From positions 124,001-188,000 of the forward strand of contig MU008170.1 in NCBI GenBank assembly GCA_010909165.1: DNA of 64,000 nucleotides. The letters run 5' to 3'. Made by a program: the position numbers and the translations under genes. This stretch comes from Anthoceros angustus (lineage: Eukaryota > Plantae > Anthocerotophyta). The notes under the pieces are model-generated. The model ran no database searches. It was given only the letters and a program-made list of their open reading frames with translations, and had not been told where the DNA came from. The first letter of the stretch is position 1. Each line of letters starts with the position of its first letter. Positions 25,001-35,789 of the stretch are shown here, piece after piece.

Positions 25001-25496
25001 AACCCCTCGGGTTGGGCGGCGGAAGGCTGCGTAACGACCAAGGTTCACAAGTGCTCTCCTATGCAGAACGGCCACACTTTTATCCCCCTCGCCATCGAGA
25101 CTCACGGGGCCATTGATCGGGACTTCTCGAAGTTCCTCAAGGCTTGTGCTAAGGCTTACCACGATTGCAAGAATGGGGTTGGTCTCCCCCTTTCTTGTAT
25201 TGTGTCTTTTTTCAGGCAACGGGTGTCCATCACAAAGGGCGTTGGCAAACGCAGTGTACACGACGGCGACTAGCACAGGGGAGGCGGCTCCTTCAGCGGC
25301 AGTGGTAAGTAGGCCCTTTCTACTCCTCGATCACGAGATTCTTAGGGCGGTAGGTAGTTTTGAGAAAAGCGATCGCGGGAGTTAGTCCCCCTTGGCCTAG
25401 TGCCCTTTGTTGGGTTGATCCCTTCTTTTTCGGTGTAGATGGTGTTTTTTCCATCTCTTTTTTTTCGACATAAACTCTCCAGTCAACCTTTTCATG
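22009..25496. repeat. Tandem segmental duplication: copy A 22009-23701 (indel-rich), copy B 23702-25496
   Basis: Both copies begin GAACACCGGTCTTGAGCGCTGAAGAC and end ...CAACCTTTTCA. Copy A is about 100 bp shorter through many small deletions. Confidence 0.95.
24330..25470 (+). mobile_element. 5'-truncated CRE-like non-LTR retrotransposon (second subfamily); a more damaged duplicate lies at about 22620-23690
   Basis: RLCSCSGKGAG, CNCG...GAHLARCPIGGQRIATHDVIRD, LRANLFLT, KVHKC, FIPLAIETHG; the 3' UTR resembles that of the 5338-6940 element. Confidence 0.85.
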
Positions 25497-26663
25497 GGAA
25501 TGAACTTTGCACCTTGCAACTTTGAGGCTTCGTATCTTTCTCCGCCTACTTGTCCAAATCTTTATTTATATGCATCTTTAAAGGGCTTTCAAAGAGCTTT
25601 CTCCAAAGTTGTTTTTTTATAACTTGTGGTTTGGGGTGGAGGGATATATTGACATTCAAAAGTTTGTGTAGTTTCATCGAAATGGACCGTACATCTTGTA
25701 ACTTTCAGACTTCGTATCTCTTTGCGCACTTGTCCAAATTTTCAACTTTACACAATATTTTAAATAGCTTTGCAAGCTCTTTCACTAAAATGCTTGTTTA
25801 TAATTTTTTATTTGGATTGGAAGAAGATATTTGCATTTAAAAGTTTGTATGATTTTGAACATGGAAATAAGTCACGCATCCTACAACTTTAAGGATTAGA
25901 ATCTCTCTATGTACTTGTCTAATTCTTAAGTTTGAAATACTATTGTGACGAGTGTGAAAAAAGCTATTCAATAAATTTTCTTTTGGAATTTTTGGTTTCG
26001 ATCGAAGCAAGATCTTTGCATTCCAAAATGGCTGGAGAAATAAACATTGAACTATGGACATTGTAATTGAAGCTTATATTGAAGGGGTGAGGCTTCTTCC
26101 TCTTTTAGAACACTAACCAAGAGCTTTGCTACTTCGAGCTGCATGTATTATTGGAGCTCTGAGATTTTGAAGCTATGTTCTATTCTACTCTTCTCTATAG
26201 CTTGCAAATTTTCTAGCTTTGCTATCTCTATCTTTGCAAAGACCTTAGCAAACTTACAAATACCATATGCTATCCTATTCGCTCCTGCTCTGTCAGACCT
26301 AGGCTTTTCTCAAGCTATGATTTGAGGTTGTACTCTGTGAAAAGGGTCTATATATACTAGCCCTTGGCATGGGTATATTCGTAAGATATCCTATTGCCAT
26401 GAGCATATGTCAGAAATATCCTATGAATACACTATAATATTTAAGGAATATGTTAAAGCATATTACTTGAGCTTATCCACTTAGTTATCGCTAACCATGT
26501 TTAATTAACACTAATAAATGCTTAATAATATATATATAATTAATTAATTAATACGAATTACCTATTTAGTGATGTATAATGAGATTAATTAATGCTAATC
26601 AAACATTAAATTCAAGTGCACATATTAGTGTCACATGGCATGACACATACGATATTGCCGCCT

Positions 26664-26855
26664 CCACTTCTCATCCCGCACTGAAGGCGATAGCAATTGC
26701 CATGCTTGCATGTACAACCTTTTCCAAGGTCCACTTCTCATCCCGCACTGAAGGCGATAGCAATTGCCATGCTTGCATGTACAACCTTTCCCAAGATCTT
26801 TCCCGCACTCAAGGCTATAGCAATTGCCATGCTTGCATATGCAACCTTTCCCAAA
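26664..26855. repeat. Tandem repeat, 60-67-bp unit, 3 copies
   Basis: TCCCGCACT.AAGGC.ATAGCAATTGCCATGCTTGCAT.T.CAACCTTT recurs at 26674, 26741 and 26801. Confidence 0.92.
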
Positions 26856-27016
26856 GAGCTTGCCAACTAAGTGCTTTCCACCAAACCCTAGAAATACGAG
26901 CTGCTATTCTCTCAACCGCCAACCTACCTGCTGCAGCCATTACTAACATTATGAAAGAATTTATAAATTAAAATATCATTATGAGAATATCTTGACAAGA
27001 GGCATAAGAGCAAAAG

Positions 27017-27376
27017 AAACCCTAACTTCATCCATAGCAAAACCTCGAGCAACCCCGACGAGACGACGTGACTATGGGCACTCAACCAGAACTAGAAGTG
27101 TCTATCGGGTAGCCCGGGTCGGGCACGGTATGGACCGGGCACAGGGCTTACCCGTATGTGGGCCCATATGCTGGAAGGGAAGACCCTGACACCCTCCGTC
27201 CGTTAGGTGGCCCGGACACCCGCTGTTACCGAAAGATATAATTTTTTTAATAGCCCACAACAGCGGGTGAAAAAAGCGCGGAAAATTAAGCGCCATGTCC
27301 CGATTGCCGAAGTGTCCCAAAAGGCATGCCATAATGTTCTTCTGGGTCGGCGAAATTTTTAGAGACCCTATATAAA
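27017..27376 (+). promoter_or_regulatory. Candidate promoter of the PHD gene: telo-box, site II and TATA
   Basis: AAACCCTAA at 27017-27025, TGGGCCC at 27159-27165 and TATATAAA at 27369-27376, about 135 bp upstream of the ATG at 27509. Confidence 0.5.
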
Positions 27377-27508
27377 CACCCTAGAATCACCCCTCAAAAT
27401 ACTCTCCCACTCACAGGGCTCTACATTTACCGCATCGCACCATCAAAGTCCTTTGTCGTCTGGTGACGTGGCGGGCTCTTTGCCGGGTTCGAAATACGTA
27501 CGAGTGAC

Positions 27509-29000
27509 ATGGAAACGCAGCCATGTGATTTGTCAAGCAGCAGCTTCCGGGCGGACAGGGAAGCTGCTGGTTGTGCTGCCGATCCAACGCGAGATGGCGC
27601 TGATGGCGAGGGTGGTGGTCGGAAGGGAGCGGATGGTCTGCGGGAAGCGGCATCGGGTGGTCTTGCGGAAGCAGCGCAGATTGTCCTGGTGCTGGCGGGA
27701 ATGGCTCAGATGCGCGGGGGCCGGCCGCCGGGCCCCATGGAGCGCGATCTTGCTGCCCTGGCTTTTCAACGGTTGGCAAATTGCGTTTCACATTTGTCTC
27801 CCGCAGCTCTTTTATGCAGGGAATCGGCGGAGAGTCTGGTAACGGAGCTTGGCTTGAGAGGAATTTCTGAGCGGGGTGATGACAGTGGCGCAGAAAGGAA
27901 GGAGGATCATGTTGGTGGTGGAGCGGAAGGATTGCTGGAGGTAAGGTTTGTTTGCTGGCCCCATCGCTGAACTCAAACTCTGATCCATGTTGTGCACGGC
28001 TAAAGCAACAGCCGGGGTCGATGCAGGCAATCAGGAATCAGGATGGGGCATGGGCTTTCCCTACTGAAGAAAGGGATATGTACGAGGCCGATGCTCACTG
28101 GGAGGTTCCCGAGCCGGTTAATTATGCTGGACTCTCGGGTATGTGGTTTGTATCCCCGTGCTTCCTTTTACAGACAGGTTGCGCTTCTCCTTTTCTCCAA
28201 CAAGTGCCTTCTAAGCTGGGCCGTTGGCAGCAGGGTGGCCCCGGATTCTCAGCGCTTGCTGCTGAGTCTGTTTTACGGTTCGTGCACAATTTGTTTCTCG
28301 GATTAGGGTTTTTTATGTTTGATATCACGAATGTGCAGGGTTAGGAGCCGATGGCCGTGATTCGGATGATGATTGGGATTCCGATGGTGATTCGGATTCG
28401 GAGATGCCCTCTATGGTTGCTATGCAGACACCTCCTCCTGATCTGGGACCTGCTATGTATACCCAGATTTTTAACAATGCCATCGCTCAGCATGAGAGCA
28501 GAGATGTGGGTGGGGTGCATGGGATGATGCCGATCCCTTCCACCAAGGATTCAAGGGTCCCAGTCAGTCAGCCGAAGCCGTTTGCTGCGGTCATACCTCC
28601 AAGTGGTCCTCGGCCTCTTGGTCGGCCAAGGAAAGATGGGCTTACAGGTTACAGTGTTTTGGCGCCTATGCCCTTACCAACTGATGCGAGGGACCGTAGT
28701 AAACTTCTCAGAGTGGCTGTTCAAAAGTACTTCACTTTGATGCACAGCGGTTTGCGGGAAACCCCGGTTGTGGTAGACGCTGAGTTCATGACTAGACCTA
28801 ATCCCTGTCCATGTTGTAGGCTTATGGTGACGGATGCTGAGGGTGCCCTCATTTGTGACCGGTGTGACAAGGTTTATCACCTGGGATGTTTGAGCGCATC
28901 TACTCGTGTCCAGATTCCAACAGGGGACTGGCATTGCTGGGAGTGTTTGATGAGGGCAAGGAACCGCCTCAACGACGGCCAGGATCCTTCCTCTTCATGA
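27509..29000 (+). CDS. Plant PHD-finger protein with an AT-hook, probably 3 exons
   Basis: Exons 27509-27940, about 28006-28138 (acceptor uncertain) and 28339-29000, in frame with GT-AG introns. The N-terminal motif AQIVLVLAGM..RGGRPP...E..L...ELGL recalls At1g50620/At3g20280-like PHD proteins (from memory). AT-hook GRPRK at 28620-28634; C4HC3 PHD CPCC...ICDRCDKVYHLGC...WHCWEC at 28806-28946. Confidence 0.82.
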
Positions 29001-30040
29001 TCCAGGTGGGCAGCGGTGGCCGTGGCTCTGGCCAATCAGAGAACGCGGAGGACTTCATAGCACACGAATATCTTAAGCTGGGTTCCAACCCGCAGGACGA
29101 GTTCGAACCCTGGATCGTGAGCCATGCCAGCCTGCTCTACTAGTGGCTTGGTGCCACTCCCTCAAGGTTCCACAACCTCCAAGTCAGGTAGCGAGCGTAT
29201 TCAGAGACGTTGGCGACAGGCAAGCCTTGTGCTTCACAGGATCATCCGGTGGCCATTCGGCTTCACATAAGGTACGTCTGATGGACAGCCAGCGGCTTGG
29301 GATGGCCCTGTTATGTGCGGGTGTTCGAGAAGGATCTGGGGCTGAGGGCACAGGGAGGCAATCCCGGGTTCCTGGCAATGTTAGTTGTAGATTTGAAGGT
29401 TTGGAGTGTATGGTCTTGAAACACCTTGTGGTTATGATACTGAGTGTACATATGTGGTATGAAGTCAGAGGCCGGTGTCCGGAGGCAGGGAGATTGAGAG
29501 TATCATTGAACTGTGTTTTTGAGGAACTACGTTCCAAGAGGACTCTCCAAGGCTTTCTGAAAGCATGCCGTGCTCTAGCTGGCCAGTTTTGTGCATGGAG
29601 ATTTGAGAGTGTCATCGAACTGTGTTTTCTAAGGAACCATGTCCCAGGAGGACTCTCCAATGCATTCTGAAAGCATGCCATGTTTAGCTGGCCAGTTTTG
29701 AGCTGTGCATGGCTACAACGAGGACAGCATGTTTTCCATCAGACTTATGCTCCTCGGACCTGATGAGAATGGTGTGCTCACGGATTTAGAGTTCCGCGCA
29801 CCGTGAGAAATGGCAGCAGGGCGTAAGGAAGCTGAAAGAACCAGCCTGTGTTGGAGTCTTGGAGGCAATGACCTGTATGTGGAGCAGGGAGCTCGTCGAG
29901 CCACAATGTCGAAGCATTGTAAGCTTGAAGATGTGGATATTTTAAACGTTGACATCCATGGGGCCGTGCTTGCACAGCTGCACCAGCCAAGTAGGAAGGT
30001 AATAGCAGGACTGGAATTCTGGAAGGGGGCGAGCTTCCGA
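29000..30040 (+). repeat. Unclassified GC-rich dispersed repeat, copy 2, with an internal ~110-bp duplication (about 29495-29710)
   Basis: Colinear similarity to 19150-20150. The block GAGAGTRTCATYGAACTGTGTTT...GAGGACTCTCCAA..C.TTCTGAAAGCATGCC..TAGCTGGCCAGTTTTG occurs twice. Confidence 0.75.
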
Positions 30041-31215
30041 TGAATGTGAATCTTAAGCGGACACTTAATCAGAAATTATATAATTAGGAAGACTTCCAAC
30101 AGTTTCAACATTTTGAACTTCTCCCATTTCTTGGCTATTAATAAAGTGATATTTTACAATTTACATATAGAAACACACATAAAATAGTATATGCGAACCA
30201 AATAGCTCTCACTTACTATGCTCCGCACATGTGGGAAGTCACCATACCTCACCCTGCGTTGTGCGCCATGGAGTCCTCAACCGTTCCCATATGGTCGACA
30301 TGCAAGGCTCCACATATATATTAGTACGTGAGAGCAACAATTCAGCTCTAGCATCCCACAATCTTGTACCTCGTCCCGGGGAAGGCGATAAGCAAGCGGA
30401 CGTCGTCTCATAGGCGCCGCAGGAGGCACCGAAAAAAAAGGTGTGGACCAAGGAACCGCGCTTCATACAAGGCCAGAAGATGATCAACCTACCCTTGCAA
30501 CCATTGACAAAACTCTGGAGAGGGTCCAAGACGGTATCTAGAACCGGGGGGACAGCAGTGGAAGAGGAAGCAAGCCTGACTCCGGGGGCAGAAGTAGGGC
30601 ACCACCGTTCCCCGCGAAACTGCCTTTTTAGGCGTCGTGGGGGGTGCCGAAAAAGGCGCGGCGCTAGGAACCGCGCTTCATACAAGGCGAACCGCGGAGA
30701 TGATCAACCTACCTCGCAGAGGCCCAAGAGGGGTATATAGAACTAGGGGTTTTAGGAAGCGCAGCAGTGGAAGAAGAAGCAAGCCGCAGTAAGCAAGCCG
30801 CAGCTGTAGCCGAGCCTCCTAGTAGTTCGATCCCTCCTAGTAGTCCGATCGAAGTCTCTGTGAACTAGGGGGAAGAAATTTGTGATGCAGATGCATCACA
30901 GCAGTCACAGCAGCAACAAGTTGGCGGATTCCAGCTCCACCTCGGGCACCAGCGCCGAGGTTCTGGCCATGGCAAAAGCGGTGCCCGCAGCCGTGGCCGA
31001 AGTAGACATCAATCGCATTCAAAGAGCTTGTGATACCAAAAGCTTCCATTGCCTAGCCGCTGTTCAGCCAGTGGCTTATTGTGAACGGCAAAACATCCTA
31101 GTTAGCGAGAGTCGCCAAGGGAAGGCCGGGTTTGTCCAGGACAGGGACCCTGCTCTAGAGCAATTCGACCCAGGAAGGTCTTCAGGATCATGCAATGCCG
31201 TCGCGAGTTATGATA

Positions 31216-32931
31216 TCACAGCCCATGGTATTTTGTGGCATATGGCAGCCCTGCTCCTGTGGCTTGCAGCTTGACGGAGTGAATGGCGGTGTCGTTCAGG
31301 ATGTAGAGATTATCCAGTTTAGGGCCTGCAAACCCCATGTTGGCAGCTCCAGGGACTCGGATCAAGCCTAAGGGCACTCCATACTTGGAGAACACTGCTT
31401 GCAGCATCAGGAATGAAACGACGTTAGAGCACCACAGGACACACAGCCATAGCAGGCAGGAGAGGAGGAAGAGGGGACCTTCCAGCCCACCTTGAATCCC
31501 ATCTCCTGTGGCCGTGTACACCCGGCCATGGGTATCCACTTTGATGCCGTCGGGGACTCCCAGGAGGGCGGAATTATACCTCGCAACTGCTGCGAAGAGG
31601 CGCCTGTTGGAGAGAACACGGCCGTGCTTCACGTCGAACACCGTCACAGAGTGAGGTCTCTGGATGTCCAGTGTCCCGGTCCTGGAATACCAGCATGGCA
31701 AACAGCAACTCAACTGGTCAAGCCAAGTTGCCAGCTCCGGACATGCATGTGTCACGAGGCGATCGGCCCTCACCCAGTAGCCACACCGGAGTCCGTCACG
31801 TAGAGCAGCTTCTCATCCTCCGAGAAGGCCAGCCCGTTGGGCTTGACGAAACCATCAGCAACCGCGTCCACGGTGCCGTCGGGGTCGATTCTGTACACCT
31901 GGTTGTTCACCTTGGGGGCACCGTCGAATCCCTGGACGCTGAACAGGATGGGCAGGGTGTCATGGCAGACTACTGTGTGGTGGCAGCAGGATTTATCGAC
32001 TTCAAGGCGGACGACTCACCCACCTTCCGTAGTCAGGGTCCGTGAACCAGATGGATTTGTCGCTCTTCACAACCACGTCGTTGGGGCTGTTGAAAGGCAG
32101 GTTGAACCAGTTGTCCGCCACCGTCTCTGACTCGAGTGTCTTGAGGTTGATCCGTGCAATGAAGGAAGGGTTTCCGACTTGCCCTTGCTCACACACCAGC
32201 AGATCGCCATCGGCATCCAACACCAGGCCGTTGGCAAAGTCTGTGTTCTTCACCACCGTGCTCACCTCCTTCCTCCCCAAATCCAGTTTTTGCAGCTGCC
32301 AGCATCAACAACACCATCAGGATGGTTCCAGGCTCGAGAACTCACTCTTTCAAAGATCCCTCTAGGGGAGCTGCCGGAGGTGGAATGAATCAAACCTGGA
32401 CTGGCTGGCCGGGAACTCTGACGGTGGTGAAGTAGAACTCATTCCTGTCTGGGTAGTACACGCCTCCTTCGTGGGCAGCGGCAGCGGCTACATACTTGAG
32501 CTCAGGAGCTGGCCCCAATAGCTTCAGGAACTCCGGATGCCGGGCCTGCGCAGCATCCGACTCGTCACTGGCCCCTTCTCTGGAGTGTGTGCATGAAGGC
32601 AGCTGGGTGACTGGTTTGCGATTTCACCTGGAAATCGCAGCCTGGCGGATCCGGTGGGCCGGACAATTTCCCGTTCCGAATCCTATTCTGCTTCCAGAAG
32701 CAAGCGTGTGCCGGAAGCACGTTGGATGGCTCACCAGCCAGCGTCCCTGCCAGCACCCGATGTTGCAAGTCAGGAATCCATGCGCCAGGGGGAATTTTAG
32801 ACTAAAGGCAGTGCACAAGTGCAGCTCTCACTGCGTGATTGCGGGTCGGCACCATGCGCGCAACCGATGATGAGCACAGCGAAGAGGAACAGCAGGCTGG
32901 AATGCCATACCCTCTGTTCCTTCCGCTCCAT
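31216..32931 (-). CDS. Secreted SMP-30/gluconolactonase/LRE-family beta-propeller hydrolase, 7 exons
   Basis: Exons: 32931-32832, 32746-32628, 32545-32396, 32295-32024, 31938-31774, 31681-31491, 31394-31216; six GT-AG introns of 82-100 bp with consistent phases. Signal peptide LLFLFAVLIIGCAHG-A; motifs AHEGGVY, ANGL, FNSPNDVVV...IWFTDPDYG, KPNGLAFS, PDGIKVD..GRVY. Confidence 0.9.
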
Positions 32932-35019
32932 GAAGTGGAGTTCAAGAATGCGCTTCTCGAGAAGGATGTTCCTGGTGGTATTTGAAGATGGATTGCAATA
33001 CGTTACCCATTCCAACGTGCACAGCAAACTCGGCGGTGAGAGTGTCGTGCTTCATTACTCCGAAGGACCGAAGGACGATGCAAGCTGGCCTGTGTACTAG
33101 AAGATCACGCATAAGGAGACGTTAGTTTACCTTTCTACGGCATCGAAATGGCCCTCGTTATTTCTTGAAGCCTTCGTGGTGGGATGGTGTCCTAGTCGGT
33201 CTCCTCGACTGTGCCGATAGCACCATTTCTAGCGCCAAGTGGCGCTTACTCTGTGGCTCCATCGTGCCGTGGCGCATGCTTTTTCGTTGCTTTGGTCCGT
33301 TCGAGGCCTTTTGACCTCGTCAGCTCGCCGAAAGCAGATAGGCCTGACACTGCGACACGTGATGTAGCAGGTTATCGTACCTCGCTTCCTATCTTTCTCG
33401 AGTTCGTGTATTTTACAGGAGAAAACAATGTCAAGGAACCACCACTGGAATCCACTATTAAGAAAAAAAGACGTCACCGCTGACTTAGCCACCTCTCGGA
33501 TGGGATCTGGAACCAAATGGACGACATCCAGCAATTTGCTCGAGATCAGGAGTCACGGATAGAAATCGCGTAGCGGGAGATGGTTCTGACATAGATCAGA
33601 TGACTGGCTAGACAGGGTGAGGTTTTCAGCAAAAGTCTCCCTGGAAAGTTTTCCTTCACTCGTATTGAGAAGCTTTGCAGCTCAGGGCACATTCCTAGCT
33701 TACTTCTTTCCACTCATCTTGGAACAATTTGCAGCTCTTCATCAGAAGCATAACCTGCTTCCTAGCTTTGCCACATCTGAAGGCTTTTTTGAGGTCCTTT
33801 CGGCTGCTGCGAGCAGGGACTACTGCAGCGGTACGGTGTGAATTATTTCGGCAGAACTACCTCGGATGATTCATGTTTCAAGAGCTATATGCGAGCAAGA
33901 GGACGGAACAACGCTTACCATTCCCTTAACTACCTTTGTAAAAATCAGGGGAGCAGGAAATTTCTCGGAGCCCCGGTAAAGAGTAGACCTCATAGACGTT
34001 CTTGTGCAGGTTTGCTTTACGTCCTTTCTCTTGAAGCTGACGCATTGTCTTTTCATATTTCTTGCTATACTCCTTGGAATACGTGTTGTGGTTCTTCGGT
34101 TTTGCTCACGGATTGTGCAGTCTGAGATGATTTAGAGTTCGAGAGTTTGGACCCTTCCACTCTTACTGCCCAGATCACAGCTAGCTCATACATGTGTATC
34201 ACAGTATTATTCCAAGTGGATGCAAATGCGCATCGCTCGATGGATTGGTTTCGAACCAAATCTTTGGAAGGGTCCCTGGTGCAGTTTATCTACTTGGCAG
34301 GTGTTAGCATAAGGAATCATGGCCTCAACTTGGAATCGTGCCCCATAATTTGGATGAGCACGAGGTGGGCCAGGCACAGCTTTACTGCTCCTCACCCATG
34401 CAGGTCAAGATTCGTTCCAGATAGCGGGAAGTAAGCATAGGCCCGATGAGAAGGGTTGTTTTCGGTTGATTTTTGAATGTGTATAATAGTTTTAGGGTTC
34501 CAAGGAGGATACAAGAGAGGTTTGCAAGGCTCTAGACATGCATTCTAAATGCGCATACTATAAGGTGCTAAAGTTTTAGGTGCCCTTTCGCTGAAAATTT
34601 TAATTTTTCAAAAGGTGAAATTTCAACATGTATCATAATAATGTTAGGGTTTTCAACAAAAAAAATAAAATACTTTTCTGGAATCAATTTTTACATAAGT
34701 GCCTACTAACTATACAACCCTCATTTTTTATTTAACACGCATGTAAACCTATATATGGTTCGTATATATATTATGGTTTCTAAACCCCATTTATAAATTA
34801 GACTAATAAACCCTTCAAGGAACTCAACAAAGTGTTTAGGTCTAACAGACTAAGCTCAGCCAGCCTGGAGTAGCAGAAGTGTTGGGAGCTCGCAACTTAG
34901 CGAGCCTGGTGCAGCATTGTCAGGAGCTCACAGCCCAGCACTTCCCCACCGCCGTGCTCCTTGCTGCAATGTAAGAAGCTGCGATCAGCTTGGTCCTCAG
35001 CCAGCCAGAGCAGCGTAAA

Positions 35020-35704
35020 GACCTCACAACTTATAAACGACGTTGTAAATGACGTTGTAAAGTAAGGGTGTTTGAAGGTTGTAAATGAGGTTGTAACGTA
35101 TATTGTAAAATACGTTGTAAATAGACCCACTTTACAACCTAGTTAAGTCGGACTACAACCTCCTAATAACAACCTATTTTACAACCTAGATTACAAGGCA
35201 ACCACGTTGTAAATGGCGTTGTCATTTAGGTTGTAACGAGCGAGCGTTGTAAATGGCGTTGTAAAGCGGCTACCGGACACCTTACCGTCCGGTTGGGTGA
35301 CGTGGCGGCCACGTCAGCAACTTGCTGACGTGGCAACCTTGCCTGCCACGTCAGCATTTTACAACCTAGTTAATTTGTCGGACTACAACCTCCTAATAAC
35401 AACCTATTTTACAACCTAGATTACAAGGCAACCACGTTGTAAATGGCGTTGTCATTTAGGTTTATCAGAGCGAGCGTTGTAAATGACGTTGTAAAACGGC
35501 TACCCGGACACCTTACCCGTCCGGTTAGGTGACGTGGCGGCCACGTCAGCAACTTGCTGACGTGGCAACCTTGCCTGCCACGTCAGCATTTTTACAACCT
35601 AGTTAAGCTGTCAGTTTACAAACGTGTAAATGCCCGTTTTTACAACGTGAGGTTGTAAATTACGTTGTAAAATACGTTGTAAAACACCTGCGATTCTTGT
35701 AGTG
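35020..35704. mobile_element. CACTA transposon terminus with subterminal repeats and an internal ~232-bp duplication
   Basis: Ends ...CGATTCTTGTAGTG (reverse complement CACTACAAGAATCG) at 35704, with many GTTGTAAA/TTTACAAC motifs in both orientations. No matching other end was found. Confidence 0.8.
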
Positions 35705-35789
35705 TTAGCATGCAGCCACGTGTGATAGTGTAAGGAGCTCGCAGCTCAGATTGCAATAGAGAGCTCCTTAAAGACTGCAGGCCTTGCAG

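Noticed and set aside
33453-33470. CACTATTAAGAAAA as the left end of the CACTA element ending at 35704
   Set aside because: It does not match the CACTACAAGAATCG terminus, and the 3-bp flanks differ (ATC versus TTA).
33400-34400. Possible F-box/LRR-type pseudogene on the minus strand (CPELQSFSI)
   Set aside because: One short motif among many stops; not enough support.
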